In this document: piece after piece, positions 1 to 9,102 of the stretch
How the letters are laid out: every line of letters starts with the position of its first letter
How positions within the stretch are numbered: position 1 is the first letter of the stretch
DNA from: Spirochaetia bacterium
GTDB taxonomy: Bacteria; Spirochaetota; Spirochaetia; UBA9216
DNA: 64,000 nucleotides
Reading direction: 5' to 3'
Assembly (NCBI GenBank): GCA_963675665.1
Contig: OY776510.1
Location: forward strand, 2,880,001 to 2,944,000
Position numbers and translations under genes: made by a program
The notes under the pieces: model-generated
The model's database searches: none
Seen by the model: the letters and a program-made list of their open reading frames with translations, nothing else
What the model was told of the DNA's origin: nothing

Positions 1-271
1 TGACGGTGTGAGCCGTCTTAAAGAAAAACTTGTCGCCGAGCTTAAAGACATTGCCGGGCATAAAAAACTCGACTGGGCAATGCTTCTGGTTACAGATGTA
101 ATCAGGGAAAATTCGGTCCTTATAACAACTTCATACAACAAAGCGGAAGAACTGCTTGTATACCGCAAGATTGAAGATAACCTTTTTGATCTGCCGGGAA
201 TCCTGTCGAGAAAGAAACAGCTTCTTCCGGAGCTGCTGCGTGTTGTGGAAGAACTTGAGAACCGAGGTTGA
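1..271 (+). CDS. ppaC: C-terminal DHHA2 part of Mn-dependent inorganic pyrophosphatase (partial, runs off window start)
   Basis: C-terminal 'LLVTDVI...LPGILSRKKQLLP' is typical of family II PPases. Confidence 0.75.
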   Translation, partial: DGVSRLKEKLVAELKDIAGHKKLDWAMLLVTDVIRENSVLITTSYNKAEELLVYRKIEDNLFDLPGILSRKKQLLPELLRVVEELENRG

Positions 272-289
272 TTACACCTTAAAGAGCCT

Positions 290-937
290 CTAAAGAAAGA
301 ATTTTTTTAGTTCAGCGGGAGTTTTGAAAACGGCATCGGCGCCGCAGGCGTTCAGTACGTTTTCGGTATTCGCACCCCAGGCAACCAGCCCGCTTTTCAT
401 GCCGGCAGCTTTGGCTGCTTTATGGTCGGACGGGGCGTCCCCAATATACCAGCAGTTTTCAGGCTCTGCCGCAAGCCCGGCGCAAGCCTGTATTAACCCT
501 CCGGGAGCCGGTTTCGGAGCCTCGACATTCTCTTCGCCGAGAATTATTGCAAGGTCATAAGCGTAATGAAGATGTGCTGCAGCTTTTCTGACGAACATTC
601 CCTGGCTGTTTGATACGATTCCCATCGAATATCCCGACTTTGCAAATTCATCAAGACAGTCCTGAATGCCGGGAAACACTTTAAGATATTGGAGACCGTC
701 AGAATGAAGAAAACTGTAAAAGTCGGCAGTCATCTGCATAACTTTACCATCATCTTCCGAATCCGAATGAAGGCGGAAACGTTCGAATGTAGGGTAATTC
801 ATACCGTAAGTTATTTCTTCTGTTGTGCATTCATTAAACCCGTTTTTTTTCAACGACATATTGGTTGTTATTACAACAGCCTGGATGGAATCTACAAGCG
901 TGCCGTCGTGATCAAAAAGGATAGCAGTTTCTTTCAT
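290..937 (-). CDS. HAD-superfamily hydrolase (phosphoglycolate phosphatase-like)
   Basis: Motif I 'LFDHDGTLVDS', 'KPAP', 'YIGDAPSD'. Confidence 0.9.
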   Translation of the reverse strand: MKETAILFDHDGTLVDSIQAVVITTNMSLKKNGFNECTTEEITYGMNYPTFERFRLHSDSEDDGKVMQMTADFYSFLHSDGLQYLKVFPGIQDCLDEFAKSGYSMGIVSNSQGMFVRKAAAHLHYAYDLAIILGEENVEAPKPAPGGLIQACAGLAAEPENCWYIGDAPSDHKAAKAAGMKSGLVAWGANTENVLNACGADAVFKTPAELKKFFL

Positions 938-1093
938 AGTGGTTTTATAACATTATTACAGGTTTTAGGTAACATTACGGCGCAGGAAATATGTTAAAAT
1001 AATGGTAAACTGGTAATTATCGATAGACTGATTAAGCTTTGAATATTATCTTTTTATAGATGTATAATAAAAATATAAATATCGGTGATTTTT

Positions 1094-1223
1094 GGAGAAA
1101 TAATAAAAGTACTTCCATGTACTTTTATTATTTTGAGGTTTGAAAAGCTGAACAATTTTTGCGGTCATTACTTTCAAACCTCCTGCAAAGTAACCCGCAT
1201 TCATGCGGGGATTTTTATAGGAG
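1094..1223 (+). repeat. GGAG-bounded multi-hairpin intergenic element, copy A
   Basis: GGAG; 15-bp perfect stem aaataataaaagtac/gtacttttattattt; gaggtttgaaa/tttcaaacctc stem; cccgcat/atgcggg; tttttata; GGAG. Confidence 0.75.
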
Positions 1224-1229
1224 TAAATC

Positions 1230-1949
1230 TTGGCTATTGTTGAACTGAGGGATGTAAAAAAGATATATCCGCTGGGAAAAACTGAAGTACATGCGGTAAA
1301 AGGCGTGAGTTTTGAAATATGCAAAGGTGATTTTATATCAATCGCCGGACCGTCGGGAAGCGGCAAGTCCACAATTCTGAATATGATCGGATGTATCGAT
1401 ATCCCTACTGAGGGAACGGTTCTGATCAATGGAATTGATACGGACGGTCTCTCAGACAAGAAGATAACAGATCTGCGTCATGAAGTTCTCGGTTTTATCT
1501 TCCAGTCATTCAACCTTATTCCGGTGCTTAATGTGTATGAAAATGTTGAATTTCCGCTGCTGCTTGGAAAGGCAAGGATGGGCAAGGCGGAAAAAGCCGG
1601 CTGGATTGATATGCTCATTGATGAAGTAGGGCTTCAGGACTGGCGTAATCACAAGCCCAATGAACTCTCCGGCGGTCAGCGTCAGAGGGTCGCCATAGCG
1701 CGTGCGCTTGCTACAAAACCCGAAATTGTTCTGGCCGACGAACCTACCGCAAACCTTGATTCGGTCACCAGCGAAGCGATAATCAATCTTATGAAAAAGA
1801 TTAACAGGGACCTCGGCACAACCTTTATTTTTTCAACCCATGACCCGTCTATTGTCGGCGTGGCTGATCACATTATAAGGCTGCGGGACGGGCTCATCAG
1901 TGAAAATTACAGGCAGGATGATGCGCGTGCCTGCAGGGACGAAGACTGA
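1230..1949 (+). CDS. ABC transporter ATP-binding protein (LolD/MacB-like)
   Basis: GPSGSGKS, LSGGQRQRVAIARAL, LADEPTANLD; TTG start after AGGAG. Confidence 0.93.
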   Translation: MAIVELRDVKKIYPLGKTEVHAVKGVSFEICKGDFISIAGPSGSGKSTILNMIGCIDIPTEGTVLINGIDTDGLSDKKITDLRHEVLGFIFQSFNLIPVLNVYENVEFPLLLGKARMGKAEKAGWIDMLIDEVGLQDWRNHKPNELSGGQRQRVAIARALATKPEIVLADEPTANLDSVTSEAIINLMKKINRDLGTTFIFSTHDPSIVGVADHIIRLRDGLISENYRQDDARACRDED

Positions 1950-3472
1950 TGCCGGTTCTTTTCCGAATCGCCGTACGCAACCTGAGGCAGCACAGATCCA
2001 AAAGTCTTATCATCGGGATAATAATGGCAATAGGCGTAATGATTCTGGTAGTCGGAAATACGCTTATCAATACAATAGATACCGGCATCGAGCGTGCATT
2101 TATTGATAATTATACGGGGAATATAATGATCACCGGGATTACCGAAAACGATATCTCCCTTTTCGGCGTTCAGTCTCCCGGCGGTCTCGAAGAAACCCCT
2201 GCAATACCCGACTTCTGGCAAGTCCGCGAACATATTGAAAGCCTGCCGAATGTCGTCGGCGCCGCAAACCAGATTACCGGTTTCGGAATCATAAACGTTG
2301 AGGGCGCTGATGAGGATAAAGGTCCGTACATGGGGCTGCTGTTCGGCATTGAGCCCAGGGAGTACAGAAGCATCTTTTCCAACACCGTAATTCGTGAAGG
2401 GCATTATCTGCAGCCCGGGGAAGAAGGCATCATGATGTCGCAGACGAACCTGGAAACGATGGAAGATATTTTTGATATGGATATAGGCGTAGGCGATAAA
2501 ATCCTTATTACTGCGCCGGGTTCCGCCGGTTTTAAAATTCGTGAAGTCGAGATAATCGGTATTTACGGACTTGAATTTGATTCCGAAGCAGCCGGATACA
2601 TATCATATATCGATGCGCAGACACTGCGCGTAATGAAGGGAATGAATCTGGGAAATTCAGGTGAGATCGAACTTTCTGACGAAGAAACCTCGCTGCTTGA
2701 AAGCGACAGTTTTGACGCAATGTTCAGCATCGATACAGTAACCGGAGAAGCAGAACTTGATTTCGAGATGACAGAAGATAACCTTTTCGACATACTTGAT
2801 CTTGATACAGGCGGGATCGCAGAGGGTGAAGAAGAAGTTGCGGAAGTAATCGAAACGGAAACTGACGCTGAAACCTTAGGCGGTTCGGCAACCTGGGAAT
2901 ATATACTTCTGAAAACAGGTACCCAGCGGGCGGCAGTCCGGCTTGTAGCGGAACTGAATATGTGGTTTCTGGAAAACGGCATAAACGCGCGCGCCCAAGA
3001 CTGGAAAGCAGCGGCCGGGCCGTTCTCAACTACTGCTGATGTAATAAGAATAGTATTCAATATAGCCATAATACTGGTTGCTGTTGTGGCAATTATTATC
3101 ATGACGAATACACTGGTAATTAATGTTGTCGAACGTACCTCAGAAATAGGAACCATGAGGGCCCTCGGCGCCCACAGGGGTTTTATACGGAATATGGTCA
3201 CAACCGAGATTTTTACCATCTCAGCTATTTTCGGTTTTATGGGAATGATTACGGGCGTTATTGTACTCGTTGTAATTGGACTTATCGGTTTTGAAGCGAC
3301 CAACCCGTTTCTTGAGATTCTTTTTGCCGGTCCGGTCCTTAAACCCGTTTACTCGGTTTATTCGGTAATCGGATCATGGATTATTGTTATCCTGATCGGA
3401 ATGATTGCAAATATTTATCCGCTAAGACTTGCACTTAGAGTTCAGCCCATCAAGGCTATGACATCAGAATAG
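1949..3472 (+). CDS. FtsX/LolE-like ABC permease with long acidic periplasmic insert
   Basis: N-terminal 'RIAVRNLRQHRSKS'+TM, 'ERTSEIGTMRALG', three C-terminal TMs. Confidence 0.9.
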   Translation: MPVLFRIAVRNLRQHRSKSLIIGIIMAIGVMILVVGNTLINTIDTGIERAFIDNYTGNIMITGITENDISLFGVQSPGGLEETPAIPDFWQVREHIESLPNVVGAANQITGFGIINVEGADEDKGPYMGLLFGIEPREYRSIFSNTVIREGHYLQPGEEGIMMSQTNLETMEDIFDMDIGVGDKILITAPGSAGFKIREVEIIGIYGLEFDSEAAGYISYIDAQTLRVMKGMNLGNSGEIELSDEETSLLESDSFDAMFSIDTVTGEAELDFEMTEDNLFDILDLDTGGIAEGEEEVAEVIETETDAETLGGSATWEYILLKTGTQRAAVRLVAELNMWFLENGINARAQDWKAAAGPFSTTADVIRIVFNIAIILVAVVAIIIMTNTLVINVVERTSEIGTMRALGAHRGFIRNMVTTEIFTISAIFGFMGMITGVIVLVVIGLIGFEATNPFLEILFAGPVLKPVYSVYSVIGSWIIVILIGMIANIYPLRLALRVQPIKAMTSE

Positions 3473-3549
3473 GAGGAGGTGGAGTTTCCAAACTTCATTT
3501 GAAAACTCTTCTCATAAACCTGTCTCCAGGCAGGAACGTTTTACAGGAG
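3472..3549 (+). repeat. GGAG-bounded intergenic element, short copy D (lacks first hairpin)
   Basis: ggaggtggagtttccaaa...tttgaaaactcttctc stem; cctgtct/aggcagg hairpin; 'ttttacaggag' end identical to copy B. Confidence 0.6.
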
Positions 3550-3554
3550 AAAAC

Positions 3555-4868
3555 ATGAGGGACGTTAAGATTGCATTTAGAAATCTCACCAGGCAGAAAA
3601 AAAGAACTATTCTGTTGTCTGCAGCCATAGCGTTCGGAATCTATATCATTACAATGATAAACGGGTTTACCGGAAGTTTTATTGAAAATGTAAGCGAGAA
3701 TTTTTCAAATCTGCTGGCAGGACATATATTTATAGAGGGTGTGGAGAAATCGGAATCCGGAAAAACTTTATCGCTTGTGCGAAATGACGATATTCTGATG
3801 CAGTCGATTGAAGAAACTGCAATACCCTGGAAATACCTCACAAAGCGATCGGATCTTCACGTTTCATTGATTTTCGAAGGCGAAAGCATCAACCAGTCGG
3901 TGACGGGAGCCGACTGGGAGTCGGAAGAATATTTCAAGGAACGGATTATTCTTAAGGAAGGATCTTTTGCCGATTTACAGGCAGAAAGGCAGGGAATTAT
4001 CATCAGTGAGAAAGTCGCTGAGCGCCTTAATATAGAAATTGGCGACCGGATGCTGGTTAAGTGCAGAACATACACAGGCCAGCAGAATGTAGGCGAGTTC
4101 GTGCTTTCAGCTGTACTCATCGATGCAAGCATTTTCGGCAATACAACGGCGTATGCGAATATCTCGTATGTAAATGAACTGCTGAACCTGCAGCCTTTCG
4201 AGTACATGTCGCTTGGAATCTATCTTGAAGATCCTGAATTAATAGATTCTTCAGCAGATAAGCTGTATGAAAATCTGCTGACCAAAGTCAGCATGTTTGA
4301 CCGGAAAGCTGAAGATGAAGATGAAAACCTGATTATAGCCATGCTTGAACAGCAGGAAGAAGAGGAGTGGGAAGGTCTCCGGTTCCAACTGGTTACCCTG
4401 AATGATGTTATGAAAGAAGTTCAGCAGATAGTGGATGTTCTCAATACGGCCGCTCTTATTATTCTGCTGGTGCTTTTCGGAATTATAATGGTCGGGGTAA
4501 CGAATACTTTCAGAATGGTACTGATGGAACGTACAAAAGAAATCGGTACTATGCGCGCCGTCGGTATGCAGCGGGGAATAGTACGCAAACTTTTTCTGTA
4601 CGAGGCTTTCTTTATTGCTGTAATCGGGGTAATTGTCGGGCTGATTCTTGCTGTGATAACAATGCTGATACTGATGCAGATTAACTGGGGAGTTGAAACT
4701 CCTGCATTCATGCTGATGAAGAACGGGTATATGACGTTTAAACTTTCGGTTTTACAGGTGTTATTCAATTTTGTAGTTGTCAGCGGGCTTACGCTTCTTG
4801 CCGCTTTTTTTCCATCAAACAAAGCGGCGCTGCTTCAGCCTGCAGATGCCCTCAGGAGCACCAAATAG
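3555..4868 (+). CDS. Second FtsX/LolE-like ABC permease
   Basis: 'KIAFRNLTRQKKRT', 'ERTKEIGTMRAVG', 'PADALR' C-terminus. Confidence 0.9.
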   Translation: MRDVKIAFRNLTRQKKRTILLSAAIAFGIYIITMINGFTGSFIENVSENFSNLLAGHIFIEGVEKSESGKTLSLVRNDDILMQSIEETAIPWKYLTKRSDLHVSLIFEGESINQSVTGADWESEEYFKERIILKEGSFADLQAERQGIIISEKVAERLNIEIGDRMLVKCRTYTGQQNVGEFVLSAVLIDASIFGNTTAYANISYVNELLNLQPFEYMSLGIYLEDPELIDSSADKLYENLLTKVSMFDRKAEDEDENLIIAMLEQQEEEEWEGLRFQLVTLNDVMKEVQQIVDVLNTAALIILLVLFGIIMVGVTNTFRMVLMERTKEIGTMRAVGMQRGIVRKLFLYEAFFIAVIGVIVGLILAVITMLILMQINWGVETPAFMLMKNGYMTFKLSVLQVLFNFVVVSGLTLLAAFFPSNKAALLQPADALRSTK

Positions 4869-5029
4869 GGAGGAATGATAAAATAACTAAAAGTACTTCG
4901 TACTTTTAGTTATTTTATCATTTTGAAGTTTGAAGCAAAAACTGCTTTGCAGTTTAGCTTTCCAAACTTCACCTCTTTTACCTGCCTTCCAGGCTGCCAT
5001 ACAGCTTTTGCAGGAAATTTTTACAGGAG
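4869..5029 (+). repeat. GGAG-bounded multi-hairpin intergenic element, copy B
   Basis: 23-bp perfect stem 4874-4922; tgaagtttg/caaacttca stem then cctc; cctgc..gcagg stem; tttttaca; GGAG. Confidence 0.85.
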
Positions 5030-5034
5030 TAGAT

Positions 5035-5778
5035 ATGAAGAAACATTTTTTAATACTAATACTCGTAATTCTTGGGAGCCTGCTGTATGCAGAACCGGAT
5101 TTTGACGTAATGCTTGCCGAGATAGATCAGCTGGGCAGTTTTGACGACACGGATTTTTCCTGCGTTTACACCTTCGTTTCCGAGAAACCCGGAGAAGAAA
5201 CCGAGGTGACCCAGGCAAGAATGTTCAGACGGGATGCGAAGGAACAGTTTGTAATGCTGATTCTCAAACCTGAATACCAGAAAGGGCAGGGGTATCTTAA
5301 GGTTGACGATAACGTCTGGTTTTATGACCCTGAAAGCAGGAAATTCACCCATTCCTCCATGAAAGAAAATGTTCAGAATTCCGAGGCAAGGAATTCCGAT
5401 ATGGACGGTCTGTCGTTGTCGGAAGATTACGAAGTGGAAAGCTGGGAGATCGGAAACCTCGGAAATTTTGAAACCTACATACTTACCCTTCGTGCGTTGA
5501 ATAACGAAGTCACCTATCCAAGGCTCAGGATCTGGGTGAGAACTGATGCGACGATTGTTCTCAAGGAAGAAGATTACAGCCTTTCCGATCGCCTGATGCG
5601 TACGACCTATTTTCCCAAGTATGTAAAGGTCGGCGAGAAATATGTTCCGTCGCAGATACTTATGGTGGACAATCTGCAGGAAGGAGAAAAAACCCAGCTG
5701 ACCATGAAGAACCCGTCGACGGCTGATTTGCCCGACTCGGTTTTCTCCAAGGCGTATATCGAACGCGTGAACAATTGA
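5035..5778 (+). CDS. Outer-membrane lipoprotein-sorting (LolA-like) periplasmic protein
   Basis: Signal peptide MKKHFLILILVILGSLLYA; 'PEYQKGQGYLKVDDNVWFYDP' and 'DLPDSVFSKAY' are typical. True start is 5035 after AGGAG; the longer ORF runs through repeat copy B. Confidence 0.8.
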   Translation: MKKHFLILILVILGSLLYAEPDFDVMLAEIDQLGSFDDTDFSCVYTFVSEKPGEETEVTQARMFRRDAKEQFVMLILKPEYQKGQGYLKVDDNVWFYDPESRKFTHSSMKENVQNSEARNSDMDGLSLSEDYEVESWEIGNLGNFETYILTLRALNNEVTYPRLRIWVRTDATIVLKEEDYSLSDRLMRTTYFPKYVKVGEKYVPSQILMVDNLQEGEKTQLTMKNPSTADLPDSVFSKAYIERVNN

Positions 5779-5779
5779 T

Positions 5780-7585
5780 ATGAAAAAAGCAGCCTTCCTT
5801 TTCATTGCAGTCATGGTCTTCTTGCTGTTTTTAGCAGCCGCTGTTTACGCGCAGGACTCCGATGAGGAAACTTCGATTATGGAAGACCCGTTTGCGGACG
5901 CGTTTCTTGACCCCTTTGCCGATCCGGACGAAATTTTTGACGACGAAATGATTGGCGGGGAGGAAGAGCTTGATTCTGCCCTGATTGAAGATCCTTTCGC
6001 GGTTGATGACAACGAAGAAATGATATCGTTTGATGATATGGATTCAATGTTCGAAACAGAATCCATGGTTGAAGAAATCGATGAAGAGGAAGCTTCAACA
6101 GCTTCCGGGGCGGCTGATGAATTCCTTCTGAGCGAAGGAGTAGAATTCGGGGGCAGTTTTAACGGTTCGCTCTCGTCAAGCTTTGATTATGAGAATCTCT
6201 GGACGGAGGATTTTGATATTACAGACCCCGAACAGAGCCTGACTCCGTCGATAACCGCAGATTTGTTTTTTGACGCGCGACCCGAGACCGATTATAGGGT
6301 TTTCGGTAAACTGGGCTTTACCTCCGCTACCGGTACCCAGGATCAGCTGTCGGCATTGATACCCGACAGCGGTATAACGTTCACTACTGCTACCGATGAA
6401 GACGGTAATGCTGTTGTTACCACGGTTGATGAAGATGAAGTCGACCCAAATGATCCAAACCAGACGACAATAACGCAGGAGGACGTCGATGCCGCCGGGC
6501 AGGACACGTCGACCGAACTGAATATTACTGTTAAAGAGCTTTTCGCCGACTTCGACTGGAAGGACAGTATTTATTTCAGGTTCGGGAAAAGCATGATTAA
6601 ATGGGGCGTAGGATATTTCTGGAGCCCGTCCGATGTGCTGAATCTTACGTCAATAGATGTAGAGGACCCGACCGCAGAGAGGGAAGGTCCGGTTTCGTTT
6701 AAGATACATTATCCGTTTGATATCAATAATGCCTACCTGTACCTGATAACTGAAAATGTTGAGGAACCTCTGGATACCGCGGCTGCGGCAAAGACCGAAT
6801 TTGTAATAGGAAATACCGAGATTGGAATAGGTTCGTATTACCAGAGGGACCTTGCTCCACGTGCTGTCGCAACGTTTTCAACTACAATTGGAGATTTCGC
6901 CGTTTTCGGCGAAGGGGTTGTAAGCTGGGGATCAGACAGGGTTTTCGTAAGGAGTTCGATGGACCAGTCTGCGGCTGAAGCCGATGAAGAAGACAATCTT
7001 GTTCTGGTCCTGGATACCTACGAGGTTGACGACAGGCCTTTTTTCTCCGGTACCATCGGAACCAATTATATGCATGAATTTGAGAATGACGCCGGTAGTA
7101 TAATGTTTGCCGGTCAGTATTACTTCAACGGAGAGGGTTACGGCCGTGATGTTCCGGACGGTCTGCTTGAAGCTGCATACAGGCTGTCTCTGAATGCCGG
7201 GGAAAACGGGCTGGCCCTGGACGCCGATGAACAGCCTGAAGGATATGAAGATCCACCTGCCCTCGGAACCGGCGATCTGGTTAATTTTGGGCGTCATTAT
7301 CTTGGCGGCCTGATTTCCTGGAGTTCGATATTCAATACAGATTTGAGTTTTACAACCCTGGTTATTGCTAACATGACTGATTTGTCCGGTATGGTGATAC
7401 CGACCTTCTCATACAGCATAATGGATTACATCTCGGTTGCCGCCGGAATGCGGATGACTTTCGGCGAAGTCGGCGATGAATACACAAACCCTGCGGCCCT
7501 GCTCGGGCTTGGCGGGGACGATGCCTGGAAAGGTCCGACGATGAGCCTGACGCTCGAATGTTCAATCGGCGGAGGTAGTTTCTGA
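5780..7585 (+). CDS. Exported protein with very acidic N-terminus, probable outer-membrane beta-barrel
   Basis: Signal peptide, amphipathic strands ('YFRFGKSMIKWGVGYFWSPSD'), terminal Phe. Confidence 0.6.
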   Translation: MKKAAFLFIAVMVFLLFLAAAVYAQDSDEETSIMEDPFADAFLDPFADPDEIFDDEMIGGEEELDSALIEDPFAVDDNEEMISFDDMDSMFETESMVEEIDEEEASTASGAADEFLLSEGVEFGGSFNGSLSSSFDYENLWTEDFDITDPEQSLTPSITADLFFDARPETDYRVFGKLGFTSATGTQDQLSALIPDSGITFTTATDEDGNAVVTTVDEDEVDPNDPNQTTITQEDVDAAGQDTSTELNITVKELFADFDWKDSIYFRFGKSMIKWGVGYFWSPSDVLNLTSIDVEDPTAEREGPVSFKIHYPFDINNAYLYLITENVEEPLDTAAAAKTEFVIGNTEIGIGSYYQRDLAPRAVATFSTTIGDFAVFGEGVVSWGSDRVFVRSSMDQSAAEADEEDNLVLVLDTYEVDDRPFFSGTIGTNYMHEFENDAGSIMFAGQYYFNGEGYGRDVPDGLLEAAYRLSLNAGENGLALDADEQPEGYEDPPALGTGDLVNFGRHYLGGLISWSSIFNTDLSFTTLVIANMTDLSGMVIPTFSYSIMDYISVAAGMRMTFGEVGDEYTNPAALLGLGGDDAWKGPTMSLTLECSIGGGSF

Positions 7586-9057
7586 TGAAAAGATATTTTG
7601 ACAATAAAATGAATAAAATCCTGGTTTTACAAGCTATCCCGTTCTTCATTACAGTGACGGTTATTCTGCTGGCGTCCTGCGGTTCGGCGGGACTGGCAGC
7701 GCCTGAAAAACCCGTAGCGGCTGATCCCGATCCGGAAAACCCGAACCGGATTGAGCTGAGCTGGAAGGCCGTCGACGGAGCCGATATCTATTATGTATAC
7801 CGAAGTACGTCCGAAACCGGCAGCTACGTTAATTCAGGCTTTTCCGTAACATATAATGAAATTGAGGCCGATGACGGCGGCACGGAGATTCGTTACTCAT
7901 ATATCGAAAGCTTCGACGAGGGTAACGGCGGAACCTACTGGTATAAAATCACGGCCGCAACAGCCGAGGCTTCGGGAACCGTTGAAAGCGGGATGAGCCC
8001 GGCCGGTGATGCTTCGACATACAGCGGCACCTGGGGCGCAGCAAAGGACCTCGGCGCCGCCGGACAGCTGAAACTTGTCGCCGGTCTAAACTCGCTGTAC
8101 GCGCTCTATTCGGCTGAAGCCGGAAGCGATGTAATAAATATGCAGATATACGCAGAGGGCTGGACTGCGGCGGCATCGCCCGGAACAACCGACGGAGGCG
8201 AGAATGGTCCGTTCACGGTTTTCCTCAGCGGCGGCGAACTCTACACGGTTTTCAGTGATAGTCCGGCCCCGGCATCGGGCGCTGTCTCTATTCAGTATTA
8301 CCAGGATCCTGGAACCGGTGTTTTTGCATGGGAAGCTGTCGGCGCCGAAGGTTTTAACGGAGCTGCCGCTTCCGGTCTGTCGGCAGCAGCGGTCGGTTTT
8401 GCAGGTGATATATACTCGGCTTTTATTGAAACCGGCGGCGGAGAGGTCGGTGCCCAACTGTATAAAAATAACGAGGAAATAGATCTGCTTGCATTGATTG
8501 GTCCTATTGACGTTGCTTCGAACCTTAGGCTTGTTTCCCATAACAACAATCTCTATTTCGGTTATGAATACACCGACGGTTTGTACCTGCGTGAATACGA
8601 TACCGTCTTCGAAACCCTTGATACCGGCGGGCAGGTTACGACATCGGACATAGACGACGGAAATATAGTGTTTGTATCCGGCGGGGGCAGCCTTTACGCG
8701 GTTTATATCGAGGTCGGCGGTACGGAAGTAATTGTTCAGCAGCTGATCGGCGATGTCTGGATGCCGGTTGCAACGACGGGCGAACTTGTTACAACCGACA
8801 GCGCAGCATACGGCGCGCTTACAGCGCACTGGTTTAACGGTTACCTGTATGTTTTTTATATTGATACGGACGCCGGCGGCACAGGCTGGGTGAAGTATTA
8901 TGACGCAGATGATGGATGGCTGAACGCCCAGAGAATCGGGGGAGCGGCTGTTACCGGCTCGACAGGTCTTAAAGCCTTTCAGCTTGCGTCATCGGGAAAT
9001 ACTCTTTATGCCGGCTGGATTGAAGGCGGAAACGCTTATGTTCGTATTCTTGAATAA
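7585..9057 (+). CDS. Lipoprotein with fibronectin type III domain and beta-rich C-terminal region
   Basis: Lipobox 'LLASC'; FN3 signature 'IELSWKAVDGADIYYVYRS...YWYKITA'. Confidence 0.7.
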   Translation: MKRYFDNKMNKILVLQAIPFFITVTVILLASCGSAGLAAPEKPVAADPDPENPNRIELSWKAVDGADIYYVYRSTSETGSYVNSGFSVTYNEIEADDGGTEIRYSYIESFDEGNGGTYWYKITAATAEASGTVESGMSPAGDASTYSGTWGAAKDLGAAGQLKLVAGLNSLYALYSAEAGSDVINMQIYAEGWTAAASPGTTDGGENGPFTVFLSGGELYTVFSDSPAPASGAVSIQYYQDPGTGVFAWEAVGAEGFNGAAASGLSAAAVGFAGDIYSAFIETGGGEVGAQLYKNNEEIDLLALIGPIDVASNLRLVSHNNNLYFGYEYTDGLYLREYDTVFETLDTGGQVTTSDIDDGNIVFVSGGGSLYAVYIEVGGTEVIVQQLIGDVWMPVATTGELVTTDSAAYGALTAHWFNGYLYVFYIDTDAGGTGWVKYYDADDGWLNAQRIGGAAVTGSTGLKAFQLASSGNTLYAGWIEGGNAYVRILE

Positions 9058-9102
9058 CGCTTATGCTTGAATAAATAGCAATCTCGGTCTAAAGTAATAA
9101 TT

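Noticed and set aside
4869-4886. Mini-ORF Met-Ile-Lys-stop after GGAGGA in element copies B and C as a leader peptide
   Set aside because: The SD abuts the ATG with no usable spacing, the ORF is buried in a perfect stem, and it is absent from copies A and D.
1094-5029. GGAG elements as simple rho-independent terminators or a known riboswitch/T-box
   Set aside because: They sit at the head of or inside a tightly linked operon, the T-run is separated from the last stem, I see no known aptamer or T-box consensus, and the downstream genes share no metabolite. A formal Rfam search is still needed.
4930-5034. N-terminal extensions in the ORF track (LolA-like 4930, hisC 24387, murC 16350, yihY 16631, priA 39744, amidase 56592)
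   Set aside because: They run through repeat elements or overlap neighbouring genes. Better starts with an RBS, a -10 element or a family-typical N-terminus lie downstream.
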